A stretch of 64,000 nt of DNA from the human T2T-CHM13v2.0 reference genome, Homo sapiens, in assembly GCF_009914755.1 (NCBI RefSeq), contig NC_060947.1; one strand, 5' to 3'. Positions 61,852-64,000 of the stretch are shown piece after piece. Each line of letters opens with the position of its first letter. The stretch's first letter is position 1. The translations under genes were made by a program, and so were the position numbers. The notes under the pieces are model-generated. The model had not been told where the DNA came from. It searched no databases and was given only the letters and a program-made list of their open reading frames with translations.

Positions 61852-62460
61852 TAAATAACAACATTTAAAAACTCCTATGACCATAAGATCCTAAGTGTTT
61901 AACCTTTTTCGAGTGTTATCATTACAATTATAATTATTATACAATTGCTCAAATAACTTAAATATATTAAACATTTAGTAAATGTTACTAAACAAGCCAA
62001 ATAAGATTTTTTGAAAATGCTTCCACAAATGAGATAGTAGGTATTTTACTTTCAATTCATGTGTTTGTGAATGTTTAATATTTATTATTAGAAAGAAAGA
62101 GGGTTTAATGGAAATTAACAGCAAGAAGGAGAGGGTATTGGGACACTAGTAAGCATGGCCTTTGAAAAGATCTAATATGGATTCTATTTAAGTATGCTTC
62201 ATTTACAGAGGATTCACAATAAAATTCTGTTAATTTTAATCTAACAAGTACATGACAGGAATGAATAAATGAGCAGATAAGTCATTGAGGAAAGAGCAAG
62301 CAGGAGACTCATGCCCAAGTTTCAAAAATAAATAAAGATTTACAGTATTCAAAAATCTTTCACCAAAACGTAGTTTCTTATGAGTCTTAAGTCTTTAAAA
62401 TATAAAATGCTACATTTCCAGACATATCCTTCACTAAAGATGTTTTTTTTTCATCACAAG

Positions 62461-62922
<462 letters not shown>

Positions 62923-63074
62923 TTAAAAGAGCATGCTTTATGGCAGATCTGTATTATCCATGATGCCTTTACAGTTCTTAAATATTTTAATTATAAAATA
63001 GATTACTAAGACACAAAGCTTTGCAAATGTTTGTAACTTGGATATAAAAATACTACCACCTTTTATGATTGCTT

Positions 63075-64000
63075 TCAATTTTTACTTTTCATTATTTTGG
63101 GTATATAATAGTTGTGAATATTTATGTTGCACATGCAATTTTTACAGCATGGGAAAATGTGTAATGATGAAATCAAGGTAATTATGGTATACATCATCTT
63201 AAGCATTTATCATTTTTTGTTTAGGAACATTCCAATTCCACCCTTTCAGTTACTGTAAAATATAAAATAAACTATTGTTAACTATAGTCAACCTATTGTG
63301 CTACCAGACACTAGATCTTATTCATTCTACCTAACTGTAGAATGCATTACCCATTAACCATCCACATTTAGCCCCCCACTTCTTGCTATGAATCCCAGAT
63401 TCTGGCTGGTAACCATCATTCTACTCTTTATATCCATGAGTTTGATTTTATTTTTAGGTCCTCAATAAAACTGAAAACGTGATGTTTCTGTTACTGTGCT
63501 TGGAGTATTTCATTTACCGTAATGTCCTCCAGTTTTATCTGTGTTTTTGCAAATGACAGGATTTCATTCTTTATTATGGCTCAGTAGTATTTCATTGTGT
63601 GTATATACTATATTTTCTTTACCCATTAATTCACTGATGGACATGTAGGTTGATTTCTTATCTTGGATACTGTGAATTTTGCTCCAACGAACATGGGCAT
63701 GAAGACATTTCTTTAATAAATTGATATAATTTATTTGAGATATATACCCAGCAGTGGGATTTCTGGATTGTATCGTAGTTCTATTTTTAATTGTTTGAAG
63801 AACTTCCATAGTGGCTATACTAATTTACATTCCCACCAACAGTGTACAAGGGTCCCCCTTTCTCTGCATCCTCACCAGCATTTGTTATTGCCTGTGTTTT
63901 GGATAAAAGCCATTTTAACTGGGGTGAGATTATATCTCATTGCAGGTTTTATTTGTATTTATTTAATGATTAGTGATGTTGAGCAGTTTTAAATAGACTT
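63075..64000 (-). mobile_element. L1MA-type 3' region, runs off the window
   Basis: aagcatttatcattttttgtttaggaacattccaattccac...catttgttattgcctgtgttttggataaaagcc. Confidence 0.85.

Overview
AT-rich primate (human-like) genomic DNA, mostly decayed interspersed repeats: L1 fragments of many ages, nine near-full-length Alus, ERV/MaLR solo LTRs, L2, MIR and small DNA transposons. I find no intact protein-coding gene, RNA gene or CRISPR array. Almost all ORFs in the supplied track are chance ORFs or come from L1, Alu or microsatellites. The main signal lies in the non-repetitive islands on the + strand: about 12 short segments with splice acceptors and donors and largely compatible phases, between about 1.75 kb and 62.6 kb. 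They include a U12-type (minor spliceosome) intron at 9874-10865. Several segments are still open; others carry stops, frameshifts, an L1 inserted inside an exon or an Alu inserted in a donor site. This pattern fits a dead multi-exon gene (probable unitary pseudogene). The stitched peptide resembles the C3orf20/ERICH6 (FAM194) family. That family call comes from my recollection of those proteins, not a search, and needs an HMM/TBLASTN test. Repeat subfamily names are visual calls and boundaries are approximate unless TSDs are given.
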